50,437 bases of DNA. It comes from a virus (lineage: Duplodnaviria > Caudoviricetes). Both the position numbers and the translations under genes were made by a program. Location of the stretch: positions 1 through 50,437 of IMG/VR virus record IMGVR_UViG_3300012953_000045; one strand, given 5' to 3'. The notes below the pieces were generated by a model. It was not told where the DNA came from and made no database searches. It saw only the letters and a program-made list of their open reading frames with translations. The stretch's first letter is position 1; every line of letters begins with the position of its first letter. Of this stretch, positions 48,324 through 50,437 are shown one piece after another.

Positions 48324-49103
48324 GTGACTAAGATATTTTATGTAAACGGTTGCAGTCATACAGCAGGTTCTGAGATAGAGCATCTATTGAGCAAAGGCTC
48401 TGATTATGACAAACAACACAGTTACGCAAAACATATACATTCAGAATTTTTTCCAGATAGTATGTACCTAAACGATGCATACAGTGGTAAAAGCAATGAA
48501 ACAATAGCACTAGAAACAATCAATACCTGTCTAGGATTATTGGAAAACAGTTATATGAATGGACCATATAAACCTGAGGATATTTTTGTATTGATTGGTT
48601 TAACAGATCCTAATAGGTATCAATTTGATGTTCCTAGTAGTTGGAGTGTATGGAAGGATTCTATTAGATTTTTTGTAGGCAGAGAAAACATTGATCCTGC
48701 ATTCAGATGGGACACCAAACAGCCAATTCCGTATACTGAAGATTTATGGCGTGGATTGAATGCTATTGCTCACACCGAAGAACAAGAATACAGAAACTTT
48801 GCAAAAGATTATATATCTCTTGTAAATTTTCTTGAACTTTACAACATTGACTATCGCATAGTTCAAGTGCTTTGGAGTTACGAACAAAAGTTTGCTCCGG
48901 TTCGTTCTAAAAAAATATTTGAACATTATTTTAAAAATGACAAAGTTGTCAACAAAGAACCCTGGAAAGACAACATGACAATGTTTTTATGGCTTGAGAA
49001 TCAAGGATTTGATCCTAATATGGAAGGACGAAACAGCCATTTCAGAGAAGATGCACACAAGGCTTGGGCAGAATTCTTAATAGAAAAAAGGTTGAAGATA
49101 TGA
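48324..49103 (+). CDS. SGNH/GDSL-like hydrolase or acyltransferase
   Basis: NGCSHTAG (block I), N.A.SG.SN (block II) and C-terminal HF...AH..WA. Confidence 0.6.
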   Translation: MTKIFYVNGCSHTAGSEIEHLLSKGSDYDKQHSYAKHIHSEFFPDSMYLNDAYSGKSNETIALETINTCLGLLENSYMNGPYKPEDIFVLIGLTDPNRYQFDVPSSWSVWKDSIRFFVGRENIDPAFRWDTKQPIPYTEDLWRGLNAIAHTEEQEYRNFAKDYISLVNFLELYNIDYRIVQVLWSYEQKFAPVRSKKIFEHYFKNDKVVNKEPWKDNMTMFLWLENQGFDPNMEGRNSHFREDAHKAWAEFLIEKRLKI

Positions 49104-49201
49104 TAGAGTGGATCAAAGCAAAAATAAAATATTGGCGTCTCAAAAGACAAATGGATAAAAAGATAAAACTTGCTAAGAAAAAGAAACATATTTACGAGTA
49201 A
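49100..49201 (+). CDS. Small highly basic peptide (33 aa)
   Basis: Manual translation MIEWIKAKIKYWRLKRQMDKKIKLAKKKKHIYE; ATGA overlap with the upstream stop and ends 4 nt before the next ATG. Confidence 0.6.
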   Translation: MIEWIKAKIKYWRLKRQMDKKIKLAKKKKHIYE

Positions 49202-49205
49202 AAAA

Positions 49206-49814
49206 ATGCAATTAAGTTTGAGTTACATATGTGATAGACCATACAACATCTATCAGAGCTACACAAAGCTAAAAGAAAAATATAAAATGAGCATACACAT
49301 GGACTGTATGGATGGTCATTTTGTTCCACGTTTGGGTGTGCATCCAGAATCTATTGATGAGATAGATTATGCAGACCATATAGATGTACATGCAATGATA
49401 ACCAGTAATAATCCTGCATGGGAGGCAATACTAAAAACAAAAGCAAATAAGATATTTGCACACTACGAAAGTTTTCACAGTGAACAGCAATGTGTTGACT
49501 TTTTGAGTAGAGATAGTAGACTAAAGCTAGCATTCAAACCTTATCATACTATACAACAGATAGATGCTATATGTGATAGATTAGATGTAGGTGAGTTTTT
49601 ATTGATGGCTTACAATCCAGGAATTAAAGTACAAGATAGTTTTTACAACTTGGAAACACTAGAAGATACTCAGCGTTATGTTACAATAGATGGTGGAGTA
49701 AAATTGAGTACAGTAGATCAATTCAAAGAAGATCCTAAGATTACATTGGTAGCAGGAAGCAAAGTGTTATTCAATGATATGTATGAGGCTAATATCGAAT
49801 GCCTAATCTCTTAA
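49206..49814 (+). CDS. rpe: Ribulose-phosphate 3-epimerase family protein
   Basis: HMDCMDGHFVP, DVHAMI, HYE, LLM..NPG...Q, IDGGV, VAGS; likely start ATG 49206. Confidence 0.8.
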   Translation: MQLSLSYICDRPYNIYQSYTKLKEKYKMSIHMDCMDGHFVPRLGVHPESIDEIDYADHIDVHAMITSNNPAWEAILKTKANKIFAHYESFHSEQQCVDFLSRDSRLKLAFKPYHTIQQIDAICDRLDVGEFLLMAYNPGIKVQDSFYNLETLEDTQRYVTIDGGVKLSTVDQFKEDPKITLVAGSKVLFNDMYEANIECLIS

Positions 49815-50437
49815 TACCATGCAGTGGTCCTGGCACTCGTAGCATAGGATACACAAAGTTTCACAAAGCACTTATACGCATAGGTGATAAAGCAGTAATA
49901 GATTATATTATTGATAGCTTTACGGATATTGATAAAATTTATATTACACTAGGTTACGAAGCTGAGTATATACGTGAGTATATACAACACAGCAATCGCA
50001 AAAATGTAGAATTTATTGAAATAGAAAACTGGAATAGCAGTCAGATTGCCAGCTTCAAACAAATACCTAAACATGTATTTGAAGAACCCGTGTACTACAA
50101 TGCATGTGACAACTGGAGTACTAGTGTTGGTGTTGTATTAAACAACACCTGGTATACTTGTAAACCAGAAAACAGTGAATACTATGATACAAGTGAAAAT
50201 ATTGTATACAGCGGAATAAGCTATATTAAAGACAGCCAAGAATATTATGATATACTACAAGCAACTAACATTAATAGAAATGATTTATTGTTGTTGCAAA
50301 AATTAGATAACCTACAAAGTGTAGCACTCCAAGACTGGTATGATGTAGGTAATATACAAAGCTATCAAACAGTAAAACAAAAACCCAGCTTTAGTGTATT
50401 GGACAAAACACACCAAGAAATCTACAGCGTAAACAAT
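49799..50437 (+). CDS. Sugar-phosphate nucleotidyltransferase (NTP_transferase family), truncated by the window edge
   Basis: Not in the ORF track. Manual translation MPNLLIPCSGPGTRSIGYTKFHKALIRIGDKAVIDYII...LGY...ACD...WYDVGN, open to the end. Confidence 0.8.
   Translation, partial: MPNLLIPCSGPGTRSIGYTKFHKALIRIGDKAVIDYIIDSFTDIDKIYITLGYEAEYIREYIQHSNRKNVEFIEIENWNSSQIASFKQIPKHVFEEPVYYNACDNWSTSVGVVLNNTWYTCKPENSEYYDTSENIVYSGISYIKDSQEYYDILQATNINRNDLLLLQKLDNLQSVALQDWYDVGNIQSYQTVKQKPSFSVLDKTHQEIYSVNN

Noticed and set aside
49170-49205. TTG start extension of the epimerase, and similar upstream starts at 3081, 37879, 39934 and 43942
   Set aside because: Downstream ATGs fit operon coupling, RBS placement and domain boundaries better.
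1-50437. Stop-codon reassignment
   Set aside because: Coding density is very high in the standard code, and TAA, TGA and TAG all end recognisable full-length genes.

Overview
AT-rich (roughly one-third GC) segment of a large T4-like (myovirus) bacteriophage genome in the standard genetic code; no tRNA, rRNA or CRISPR array was seen. Left to right: partial portal gene (gp20), a probable tape-measure gene, a gp26/gp51-like baseplate-hub pair, a ~380-nt structured non-coding region behind a stand-alone GIY-YIG nuclease, a phosphomannomutase-like HAD enzyme, gp46/gp47 recombination nuclease, gp55 late sigma factor, a cytidyltransferase, a baseplate/tail module (gp53-, gp5-, gp25-, gp6-like, a 3780-aa giant structural protein, fibre proteins), and a >15-kb operon with three glycosyltransferase-like genes, six tandem radical SAM genes, an SGNH-like protein, ribulose-phosphate epimerase and a sugar nucleotidyltransferase. 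Best leads: (1) a T9 slippery site that would join gp26-like and gp51-like ORFs by a -1 frameshift, as in lambda G/GT; (2) a minus-strand multi-stem RNA with a terminator directly downstream of the GIY-YIG gene; (3) a virion protein with 14 Tyr-Gly dipeptides just upstream of the glycosyltransferase/radical SAM operon, suggesting a phage-encoded virion-modification system. All calls rest on motif recognition by eye; no database searches were run.
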